This document shows, in pieces, positions 23,643 to 35,600 of a DNA stretch of 64,000 nt. How positions within the stretch are numbered: the first letter of the stretch is position 1; each line of letters starts with the position of its first letter. A program made the position numbers and the translations under genes. Source of the DNA: Ramazzottius varieornatus (taxonomy: Eukaryota > Animalia > Tardigrada); assembly GCA_001949185.1 (NCBI GenBank), contig BDGG01000001.1, positions 3,829,586 to 3,893,585 of the forward strand, given 5' to 3'. The notes below the pieces were generated by a model. It saw nothing but the letters and a program-made list of their open reading frames with translations, ran no database searches and was not told the origin of the DNA.

Positions 23643-26600
23643 CTAAAGCCAAGGATGCCAAGATGGGTCCATGCGACAAAGATTATCCGGACTCTTCGCT
23701 TGGTGAATTAGTTTCATTATGGCGCTATCGTGACCGCTGAACTGGGACACTTCGTTCAGGTCATGCAAAATCTTCTTCACGCCTTTGGCTACCAAAGCTT
23801 GTAGGTTCGGGTCGCTAAAGGACGTTGGCAGGTTTGCCTGCTTTGACGTTCCAGGTTCAGAGTCTTTTATACTGGCTTCGCTGAAGGCGATGCTGCCGGA
23901 CATCTCTTTGCGGAAGACCATCCAGTATGTCAGCTCGTCAAAGAAGATTGCTTTCAAGAACGCCTACAAAATTTAAAAACATTGCTCAGTTACACAGGAG
24001 TCTGGCTATCGATAAGCGGAAACCCTGCAGTCAAAGTACCAATGTTTTCCTGCACCTGCATACACCATTTCATGCATAAACCAATACATTGCAGGTATGC
24101 AAGTACGTGCTAAAGGGATATATTTCGTCTCTTCAATCCAGAAATCAGTTTACCTTGAATTTCTCTTCGTTCTGTTTGAGTGCCCGTGCAGCAGCGACCA
24201 TGGAGTGATGGAATGGTCCATGAATGCCATAGGGTGTGAAGAGCTCGGTAAGGTTACCCGTGAGACGGAAGGGTACCGGACGACGTCCTCCGTTCTCAGT
24301 TGAGAGCTCACCGTTACTGTCCAGGTCGAACGTGTACGAGTAGATGCCCTCAACACCCGTTTCCGTGTAGACGTACATCATGTCGGGTGTCGTCTTCGTC
24401 AGCCGGAGGAGGTACTCTGCCAGGCACAATATCGCGTGCGACCGTATCATCTGCAAGCACAAAGAGCACGATGATGATCACGATGCCAAATACAAAACGG
24501 TAAAGTCACTACCGTTCTTCGAAACAGGAAGTATTCGTCACACGACGGATACAACTTTATGAAGTGGTCCTTCAAGACGCGGAGAGGAACCATCTGCGCC
24601 TGGATCTCCTTCAGCGAGTCGCGTAAGGTGGCCTGTGGTGCGATGGCAGCGGGAGCTTTGTGCGCGTTCTGATAACAGAAAGGACGACAAATGACATCAT
24701 AGAGCTCAACGGTTATGGAAGAAGAATCGTACCGCGACCAGTTTCTCGTAAAATTTCATGATGGGTGTATCGGTGTCGATATTCTTCTTGTCCGTATACT
24801 TCTTGTAGATGTCGAAGAGGCAGATGGAGGTTTGGCTGTCTTCCATCAAGCGAACCGCTGGAGCGACCGGCGTGATCCTCGGTACGTAGTACTTCAAGGC
24901 ACGACGGCTGGCTTCCGGGAAGTCATCCAAGATGGGATTCATAGCCATGAACATCTGCAGTATCCTCTCCTCCTTCCTGCCTTGAAGGTTGTTGGAATTG
25001 TCGGCCACGATCAGGTACGGGACGATCTCGCCGACGTTGTTCACAAAGTACAGTCGATGACAGACGAGGTTGTGCTTAAAGACCACGTCCATACGAGGAA
25101 GAATCTGAACCACTTTGACCACGTGGTAGTTCCGCTGCATACTGTAGTCACCTGTGATACACAAGCCTCTTGGTTGGATAGTCTACAAGTGACTCAGTAT
25201 TTTCAGCCACAAGACGGACTGTCGATAATACGTGGAAAGAAAATCACATATCTTCAGAATTAAAGTGAAACAGGGAATACCTGGCAGTTCCATGTCAGCA
25301 GTCAGGTTCGTGAAGTTAATCAACGGACGGTAGTTCACATCCAGGTACGAGTGGGTCGTGTGCGATCGAATCTGCTTCTCCAGGGACCGAATCCACTTCT
25401 TCAGCTTGCTAATCATCGTCTGGACCAACTTGTTTGAATCCAAACTCATGTCAAACTCCTTACAGAAATCTTTCTTCAGCTTCATGTAATCCGCACTTGA
25501 CTAAGGGGACAAAATATTTATCTCATTTATCGACACTGTTGAATGACGAAGAAGACTTGCCAGCAAGTTCTGCGCTCGTTTCGTGATAGCTTCCGAGGCC
25601 ACATCGCCTAAAACTTTACTAGCCGACGACGCTCCACTTCCGGGTTCTTGGTACACCCCAGTACCGAAGCTCCTGACGATGGTGGTCATGTACTGCAGCA
25701 TGCTGGGTGTCATCTTGGCGTGCATGACTTGCTCCTTGTTGTCGAAGGCTAAGGCGTAGCATCTCTTCAGTGCTTGGATCAAGTGCGCGTGGAGCTCTTC
25801 GTACCACCTTTCCGGTGCCATCGAGATGTTGAAGATCTGGTTGGCAAAGTTCTCCAGAGCGTTGCAGACCGTCGGCTGCGTGTCGGATATGGCCTTCATC
25901 ACCCTCACGCAGTTGTTGATGAAGGGTGTAGCCCGAATGGTGCTGCCATCTCCTTCGCCGTGCGATTCGGGTTCTACAGCAGTGGGCGCCACTGACGGAG
26001 CTAAAATAATCAACAACATCGTCACCAACATGCATACAACAGCATCACCCACCCCTGCACAACTTAACGTATGCAGGTGCCTGATGTACGACCGATTCAT
26101 CTGCTGTCAGTGAAGAGACCAAATATTCGTGCACCTGCATACCGGTAACTACCGGCCGGAGCATAGCCGAGTTGTATGCAGCTGCCTGAAAGATCGGCCA
26201 TTTTGTTCGCCGCGGTGCATAACTATGACCTACCGTTGACGGTGTCTTTTCCTTGGCGTCGTCTCTTGTTCGCGGGGGTCTTGGCTTCGTGGGCGAGACC
26301 GACGACTGCAGCACCCATCGGAGACTTCAGGTCGCGGCTAGTGTGGACGGCTTTCATCTGGTAGTAGTACGTGCGGACGTGGAGGAAGACTGGCTGTGGG
26401 TTCTGCTTGGCTACATGGATCAGCATAGTGCAAGCGGCTTCGGCGGTCTCTTCTCGCATCATTAGGTGGATAAGTTGGGGTATCCAGAAGACCAACACCG
26501 AGTTGGGTATAACTGCAAAACAACAACTTAGGCTTCAGATTTTGTTTTCAGTGAAAGAACATCACTTGGAAAATGCTTACTGAATGTGCACTGGACTGCT

Positions 26601-29600
26601 TCTTCGATACCGGCCGAAATCGTCCTGGTGGAATCATCAAGATTCAAAAGCGCCACCACCTTGGCACAGCACTCTCTAGCCACCGCATCGATGGGACTCC
26701 TGGACCCAAAGATGTATGCTGTCACTGCCTGTTTCGCCAACATCAGATCTCCTGGTTCAGCTTGCAGCCTGGCCGAGTAGTAGTCGCCATACCGCATCCA
26801 TCCTTCGAAGCAGTTCTCATACGTCTGCACCGCTGTCGAAATGAACCGATGTTCATCATCCATATTGCCCATCCTCGAGCATATCTGGCTCTTCAGCATG
26901 TACAGTTCGGCGTGCATCTCCTTGGTGAAGTATGTGGTAGTGACCGTATCAATGGCATCTAGCCCCAGCTGCAGTTCCTTCTGTTCGCCAGACTGATCGA
27001 ACAAGGCCAAGCAAGTCTGCACGTACTGCTTGACTCGTTCGAAACAGTCCATCAGAGGGACTACGGGTAGCGACTGGACTCTGTTAAGAATGTCGGAAGC
27101 GAAACGTGGTAACTGTTGAGCTCTGGCTGCTCGAGAGAAACTGAAATAGTTCTGAGAGATTGTATGTATGGACAGGATTGGAAAGGTGGCTAGACTATTC
27201 GTAACGTCGTTGGCGACGATGGAGTGCTGAACTTCGGAGGCCAGGTTGACCACGTGAGTAAGGACCTTCTCGCGGAAGTCAGCAATCTCGCCCCAGAAGC
27301 GCAGATCGTCAGCCTGAGCGGGGACGCGAACCTTCCAGTTCTTCACCAGGTTCTTCAGCTGAAGCACGTGTTGGACAGTGCAGCTTTGGGGTGAATGGAT
27401 GCTGGGTAGGAAGTTGAGAAGTTCCTTCAAGTCGGCTACTCGCGTTGCCATCTGAAAGCAAAAGAACATTTGCAAGCTTGGCAAACAGAGTCGGCAAGAT
27501 TGATACGGTGCACGTTTTCAGTGTTACAGGATGAAAGCGTGCGCCACATGGAAAGAATGATCTTGTCGAGTGGTGTGCCTAGGTCTCATTCTCACCTCGA
27601 TAAGAGGACGGTGGGCGCCGCTGCCGACTCGTGGCAGCTGCTTCCACATCTTGATGCAACACTGCTGCAGCACTTCAACCATTCTATCGACGCCTTCCTC
27701 TTTGTAGGTATTGGGCAAACTCAGCATGCCTACCTTCAGAACCTTCTGCAAGGCGTAGTAACTCTTACAGAAGCCCATGTTTAGCTCTTCGCGTGGTGGA
27801 CACTGTTTGTCTGCACTGGCCATCAGGACGGGAATGACGTCAAAGAGGTCTTGATGCCAGGCCGACTCCAGCGCCATACATGGGTTGTTCACTCCTTCGG
27901 AAATGGCTACGTTGTACATGGCTGGCCATTGGTTCAGCTCCTTCAAGATGTCGGTGTACCGCTCAGTCAAAACTTGCAGCTCACCGAACCCTGACTCGTG
28001 GGCGGGTTTGTCACGACATTCCACCATGAATGTGTCCATGGCCTTCTCGAACGATTCTTTCGCTTCGAAGTACATACCTTGGCGCTCGAAACCCAAGGCC
28101 GACCTACGAAACATAAATCCCAGATGAAGCAAGAACATGTATTTAGATCTCAAAAACCTACATACAGGAGTGCTATGGTAAACACGCAAAGTTAGGTATG
28201 TAGGTGCAGTACAACGCGCGTATTTCGTATTTTTTGTTCATTAGCTTTTCATACGACGACTGAGGGCCTTACCGAAAGTCGAGCATTGGTCGAGGGACTT
28301 GCGGTTCTGACTTGGGTGTCAGCGTTCCACGTAACTGCCACACAGCAGCCGAGAAGTCTTCTTCACCCAAGACCGCGTACATCTTCTGCAGACATTCTTC
28401 CGTCGACCACAGAACGCCATGGACCAGCTGGTTCATCACACCAGCGGCGTCACCTTCCCCACCACTGTGTTGTGACCCCTTCGTCCCACCTTTCTGGCCG
28501 ACTGTGGCATTGAGGGGCGGTAAGGCCAGGTCCTCCAAATGCATGGCCGACCGATACCATAAATTTTGCCGCTCTCCCAAGTAGAGAACCGACATGGGAT
28601 GCAGTTTCAGGCAGATCCCTTCGCACTTACTCATGGCGTCCCACATGGCTTGAATGGGGAAGTGGACCAAGTCGCGCTGTGCCGAGTGCGACAAAGTCAT
28701 CAGATACTGCCTATAAGAACAAAAATAGGAAATTGAATTTGCTGTTGAGTTACATGAACAGAAATGACGTACTTGTAGTTGACGACAAGCTGGTCTCGTT
28801 GTTCCTGGCTGAGAAGTTTCCAAATCTGGGGCACGATCAGGACCCACATATCGTTAGCAAGCTGGGTCCGAGTGTGGCATAGCTGGAAGCAGCCCTCGAT
28901 GAAATGACTGACTGTCGTTGCCTTGATCATGTCGTTGAGCTTGAACACTCGCTCAACAATCGTCCCAATGCTAAGTTCTTTCAGCTTGAGGGTTTCGTCC
29001 GATGAAATCTCGGGACTTCCGTTGTCATCGCTGAGGGATTCCAGCATCGAGAGATGCGAGGTTCGCACACTGTGTTCGGAGTGATGCTGAAGACTTTCGG
29101 CTAACTGAGGGGCACTAACCGGCAGGATCAGCTTTACGTTGTGAAGGCAAGGCGCGATGGGGTTCTGAAGGTTCTCAGCCGCTCCGAGAAGCGAGTTAAC
29201 GCAAAAACCTAAAACCAATGATACAACGTCGTATAGCCACAGATAAGTGTCTAGCTTTCACACACCTGTAAGACAAAATTAGCCACCGAAAAATGGGCAA
29301 GATGGATGGGCGGCGCTAGTTAAAAGTCAGCCACTAGTAAAAGTTCTACAGGTTAACTCAAACTTTGGTTGGTCACTTTATAGACGGAACCGCCCATCCA
29401 TCTTACCCATTTTCGAAGGCTATTTTTTTCTTGCCCTGTATCACGGCGCTTAAGTATGCACTTGAATGAAACAGTGAAGCGAAACTTACTGATGTAGTTT
29501 GTGAACTGGCAAGCGTCCCAATGGATGCTAGTGAAAAGACAGTTTAGCCTGTCCACCGCGTTGTCCGGGAAGTTTCGTTCGTACAGCTTGTAGAACTTCT

Positions 29601-32600
29601 TTCGCCAGTCTGGATCGGGATGGCGCATGCCGTAGAGCCACGCGTTCATCAGTCTTTGCTGCATGTCTTGCAGCTTCGGGTCGTCTGAAGAGAAGACCTT
29701 GTAGATCATGGAGGTGTACAGGGACTGCAGTTCGATATCATCGGAGAACTTCTTCTCGATCTGCACTTGGAGTTTCAGGATGAGGACGCCCAGCTCTCTC
29801 GGCGTGATCAGCTGCAGCTCGTCCACTCCTTGTTGTGAAGTGGAGGGTTGAGAGCTTGAGCTGGACGGACCTTGATCAGCTTTCGGTGCTGCTTTCTTCT
29901 TCTTTCTCTTCCCGCCCGCTTCTGATTCAGGCTACAGAGACAAAAAGCATTTTGGTTACACGAAGTCCGCTATGTGGAAAGTTGGTGAGAAACAGCTAGT
30001 TAACCGCCACGCTCCTGCATATTCAAACTCGTGCACAACTCATCGTACCACGTATGCAGGTGTACGCGGAACGGAGATCACAACAGAAAGGGTTTGTTAA
30101 AGGACAGTACCTGTTCTGGTTCATCCTTCTTCTTCTTGGTTTTCTTCGGCGTGATGATAGCAGGTCCCGCTCTCCCACCGGAAGTCGAGGGACCGCTAGC
30201 CACGGTCTTGGATCTTTCCGGCCCACTCAGCCAGTCACTAAAGATGCGGATCAAGGCTCGATGAACCCTCACGTCGAGGCTTCTGGCAATCAGGTCCCCG
30301 ATAACTCCAAGGATGGCTCCACGATGCGAAGTCTGAGGAGGCACGGGCACAGACAAGAAGCCGGGGAACTTGATGACATCCAGTGCGATGACCACCAGCT
30401 CAGCAGACACAAAGCCGTCTTGCATGTTGGCTGCTGGGTTGGCACCCAGCTTGTTCATGTTCAGGTGCTCTTCCACAATCTTCTTCGTCACGTTAGCCAG
30501 TAGCGTCAAGAACCTACATACAGAAAAAAATTTTTCATCTCACTTTTTCTTTTTGGGAGGTTTCTCCTCAGAGACCTTTCGATTATTGAAGGAATCTTCG
30601 CTATGGTCGCTTTAAGCAGCATCAACGTGCAGAAGATGTGGACTTGCGATCCAGGCGACGTTCTCTGATACTCTACCAGTCCATCGTGGATGACTTTGAT
30701 GATTTGCGAGTACAAGTTGTCCAACTGCGGAGGAAGAGTTCTGTTTACAGGATCTCCCGCCCAAATCTCGCAAATGGCTGACAGCAGCTGGTTCATGCAT
30801 TTAGCCACCCGTGCGTTGTAGCACTGCGCTACTTTGATCAAACAGGCGGACAGGTCCTGAATGACCGCCAGTGCGGACGTGCGAGTTATGACCGGGATGA
30901 AAAGCGTCAGGGCTTCCAATGCCAGACAAACACTGGAAAACGGAGTATGCGCACCCTATGAAAACGGCAGAGTACTTAATTCACAGGAGATTGCTTACAA
31001 TATTTCGATCCATTTTTCGTCATAAAAAATGCAATTGTGGGTATAAACTTCGCAATTTGTTCCCTTGCTTACAGGTTGTCCTTGGTCTTGTAGAGCTTGC
31101 TTGTTTGCAGCCGAGTCAATGGATAACAGAATCCTGTCCAGCCACTGCAGCTTCAGGTCGGCATTTACATGCATGTCGCGTCGCATGAAGAACTTGAGGA
31201 CCTTGATACATTTCCGCCCAAGCGATTCAGTGGCTGTCTGCTCGCCGAACATGAAAGCCAAGCGCAGCAAAGTGTTGGCGATACCGTCAACCACTCGCGG
31301 CTCCAACTGTTTGTCGCTTTCTCCTTTGGACGCAGCCTGCATGATTGTACTGCGCTTCCTAGCCAGAAGCTGATTCTGCAAGGCGGCAGCTTGTCCTGAA
31401 ACGAAAATTGACTGCTTTGGTTTGTATCCTAAGTCATTCTAATTCATCTCAAGTAGATTTCCAAGAACATTTGGAAACTCGTCAAACAGACACCGACATG
31501 TGTAGCCTCCCAAATGGCGCACACTTTCAGCCTCTTTGGTAGAGAACGTGTAGCACTTGATAAAAACGATCTTGTCGAGTTTGTTTGCCGAGCTTTATCT
31601 CCAAAACACTAATTGTCAGTTTATTTTTGTTAACTGCAATCACTGCAAGATGACAGCTCAAAATACCGTGTGCAGTGAGCGGGGCCGCTCCGATATCAGC
31701 TATTCCATCCCCATAGTCGACTTCCAAGTTCTTCCTTTGCGCTTCCCAGAAGACGATGCACTCTATCACTTCCACAGCAGTGCGTTTGAAGTCGAGCGAC
31801 GTCGCACTGCTCAAGCCCAGTTTCTGTGCTCCAGCCCACATCAGCGTGACGAAGTGGTGTCGATGAAGAAAGAAGAGATGCCTGTGTCGGATGATGGTCT
31901 GGTAGATGACGCAGATCTGAACCAGGTTACCGAGGTCTTCCGTCAGGGCCTTCTTCAGGAAGGCACACAGCAGAACTGCTGCAGCTTGATCTGGCTGCTT
32001 GAAGATATTCGGTACCAGGATATCGATGGCTTGCTTGTTGGCACTTCTTGGCTCGATTTGCCCACCTGCATGTAAAGTTAACCTCCATCAGACGACATCG
32101 ATACCAGTTTGTATTGATAGGTACGAAAAGGAATGGGAGGTTGGTACTTACGCTTACCCGTGAAGAGACTGCGTAACACGGGTGGTAGATGGGGAATGGC
32201 AATCATCCGAGCGGAGACTACAGCAACGATGTGCTGCGCTTGGAAGACTGTGGCCGTATCGACCTAAAGAGAAGAAAAACAGTTAGTGAAAATGGCTTGG
32301 CCAGATCTTCACTTCAGGTTGCGCAATTTTTCATTGTTATTGGCTGAGAGCGTGCGCCACTCGGTAAAACGCTCTGGGTGAATTCATTTGTCGACGTCCC
32401 GCTTATATTCTGGCTCGTATTTATTCACCTGAATGTGATCGCTGTCTTTTCTTAGGAGGATATGGGTGGCCAACTTGGACGCTGTGGCGTCCAGGGTCTT
32501 GAGTAGCGGCAAGGACGATCCCCCAGCACAAGGAAAAGTCACTTTGACGTCAGGCGTACACTTGTCGATGTTCTCTATGAAGAGACCCAGCAGCTTCAGG

Positions 32601-35600
32601 CAAGCTGTCTTCAGCCCATCCGACATCCTCATGACAAAACTCGGAGACTTCATGTCGGTGCTCAGAAGGACCTGCAGAGCAACGGCCACCATGTTTTGCA
32701 TCGGCAACGGCTGTGTCCGATCGTTGATCATCTGATCAACTTCCGCTGCAATGAAAAAGAAGTTTACCTCTGTTGCTTCGTATGATTTCCATCCCATGAA
32801 AACGGCGACGTGAAAGGGGCTCTCATACCTGCTGAGGCTTGAAACTGCTGTTTGAGGACTGGTTGGATGACTAGTTCCGCAATATCCGCCAAGTAGTCCT
32901 CGTCCTCCTTCTTGTTCTTGACCATATCCAGCCACTTCAGGAACATGGTTCTTCGGCTCGCTGGTGACAGACTCATCACGACTTGTAGCTCGACAAACCG
33001 TCGCCAATGGTTGCCTTCGGCTAACGAACGATGTGAGTGCTTGGCCATCTCAAAGAGGGCGTCGAGGTCTTCCGGATGTATCCGCACATAAACCATAAGC
33101 AACACCAGGAACTTAACAGGTGTCTCCCATGTCTCGTGAGGCTGGTGGAAGATCCGCTTAAGTCGTGCGGAGAATGTCGGCTTGGCCCACACAGTGCGCA
33201 TCACCGCGGTTACTTCACCGGAGTCTGCAAGCCACTTGGCTTCTTTCTTCGTCAGAAGGTAGATTATGCGGATACCAATCGACAAACTATGCCACTCGTG
33301 GTCCGAATCGTCGGAAAAACTGTAAAATGATTCAATTAGAAATATTCTTTCCTCGTTCATCTTATCAGAATAATGCCAGTCTATCATCCACCTGCCTACA
33401 ACATTCCGCCTTCTTACTACAGCAAGCTTGTGTTTAAGTGAGCGATGTAGTTATGCACATGATGACTAATCTTTTTGTCCACCAGAGCTCATCTTCATTA
33501 CTTAATGATTCTCACCAACTTTGATTACTGTAAAATCTCGTTCAACTCGACGATAGAAATGCCCCACCCGTACACTTCAACCCAGGACCATGAATAGTAT
33601 TTACGGCGTACGTACGTAAAACCAGCTGATTGCTGGTTACACACTCTATTAACATGTCTGTACAGAGTAGCTTGACGTCATTCATGGCACACCAACAGTC
33701 AGACGCCTTGAACTCGGTGTCTCCAAAATCGCGCACAACAATATCCCTCGCTTTTTCCTGGATATCTCCGTTCCTCACTTCTAGTCGTTTTCCTGGACCG
33801 TGGAGGTCTAGAACCCATCCATATAGTTCTACCTCCATTTGAGGATACATCACGGGAGTCTTCTTTTTGACGGGAGGAGGTCCGGCGCACCTGTCACACC
33901 TCAAAGTAAGTCCGCTGCGTCATTTCTTTACATTAGGAAAATTTTAACTTACATGCTGAGCCAACCTTTTAAAGTGGTTGTAGGGATCTGCACTCTTCTG
34001 GCGAATTCCGCTATGGAAGTTTTCTTCGTGTTGTTTTTCTCGTGGTAGTTATTAGCGACACGTCTTTTTTCCGCAATGGAGTAGGTATTCTGGTGCCTGC
34101 CCATGTTCTCCGATGCCTTTCCAAAGACACTCAGAAAACGTTCTGCGATGCTGACAAGCCTGGCCAACGATCCCAAGACGTGACCAGTCGGCGCGTGGCC
34201 GCCAAGTGTTGACCAAGTTTTTCACCTCCCCAACTTCTGCAGCGCAGCACAACGATAAATGGCATGTTACTGAAGATATCGTATGCATACCCACGAGCGA
34301 AGAATTGCCTCGAAGATCCTCTAAATTCAAACGTAAACAAAGGCAAGAGAATCACAACTCGAAGCTGAAATTTCAGTAATGATGCATATTGCGTCAGCCT
34401 TGCTCATGGAAAGGCTGCCCCGACTGGGGAGTAAGCCGTGTAACCAGCAATCAGCTGGTTTTACGTACGTACGCCGTAAATACTATCCAGGGTCCTGGGT
34501 AGAAATGTACGGGTAGGGCATTTCTATCGTCGAGTTGAACGAGATTTTACAGTACCGCTGATGTACAGTATTGGTTTAATTTTACCTGATTAGGTTCGTC
34601 AACAGTCCGACCTTCTGGGTGGTCAAACAATCTTTCAGTTCCGAAGCCATCACATCCTTCCCTTTCAAAAGTTTCTCGAAGTACACTGTCCACTTTCCTT
34701 CCAAAACTCTTGCTCCTTCGAAGAACCAGTCCACTACCGAAGCAGCATGTCCTTGTAGGAACGTGGACAGGGCATTGGTCAACGTGCGACCATTCCTGCT
34801 CATCAGGGTCTGTTCGGTTTGCATGATCTTCTCTAAGACCAAGGGAATGCGCTCCGCTATAAAGGCGTGGCTCGCCGTACGGTTGATCAGCGTCAGCATG
34901 GTGGCGCACTTCTTTACACCATCACAGACGTGTGGAACCTAAACGAAAACCCGAAAAGTCAAAACATTTCTTGATACTATTATTAGATCATTCTGTTAGG
35001 TAAGGGGGACTCTTACCTCTTTCTGTTCCATGACAGCGCCATCCAAATGCTCTGGTAGAGCCGCTATGGCGAGCTGCGCGACTTCCTCGTTGAAATGCTG
35101 TGGGTAGATGGACTGTAGACGACTCAGTCGTTCGACCAGGTCGTTTGTCCAGTGGGCCGTGGTCTGTAGCCTGTTCTTCACTGACGTTATGAAGTCAACC
35201 ACAAAGGTCTCGCCGACCGTCGTTTCTGACGCAAACTTCTTTAGGCACTCGCACACGACGTCCAGCAGTTCTTCTGAACCCGACAGCACAGCATCGAACA
35301 GCGCACGGTGAACTTGGACGTTGACGGCAGGGAAGGTGGCAAACACCGACACGAAACCTGAAAGATAACCGAGTCAGTTCAAAACGAACAAGTCAACCAA
35401 CTCTGACTACTTACGGTAAGCCGATATTCGATAAGGCAAGAAACTGATCGGATGATACTGCCGGAAGTCAAAGCATTGGTAGTTTTCTTGAAGGGCCTTG
35501 TCGTCGTTCTTCAAGAACATGAGGATCTCGTTCACGACATCCATGTCTTCCTTGGCATTAGGGTCGTATTTGGCCACGTTGGGGGCGTGAGTGACGAAGA

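Noticed and set aside
24145-25164. Missing kinase catalytic residues in the PIKK domain as a novelty
   Set aside because: TRRAP/Tra1 is an established pseudokinase.
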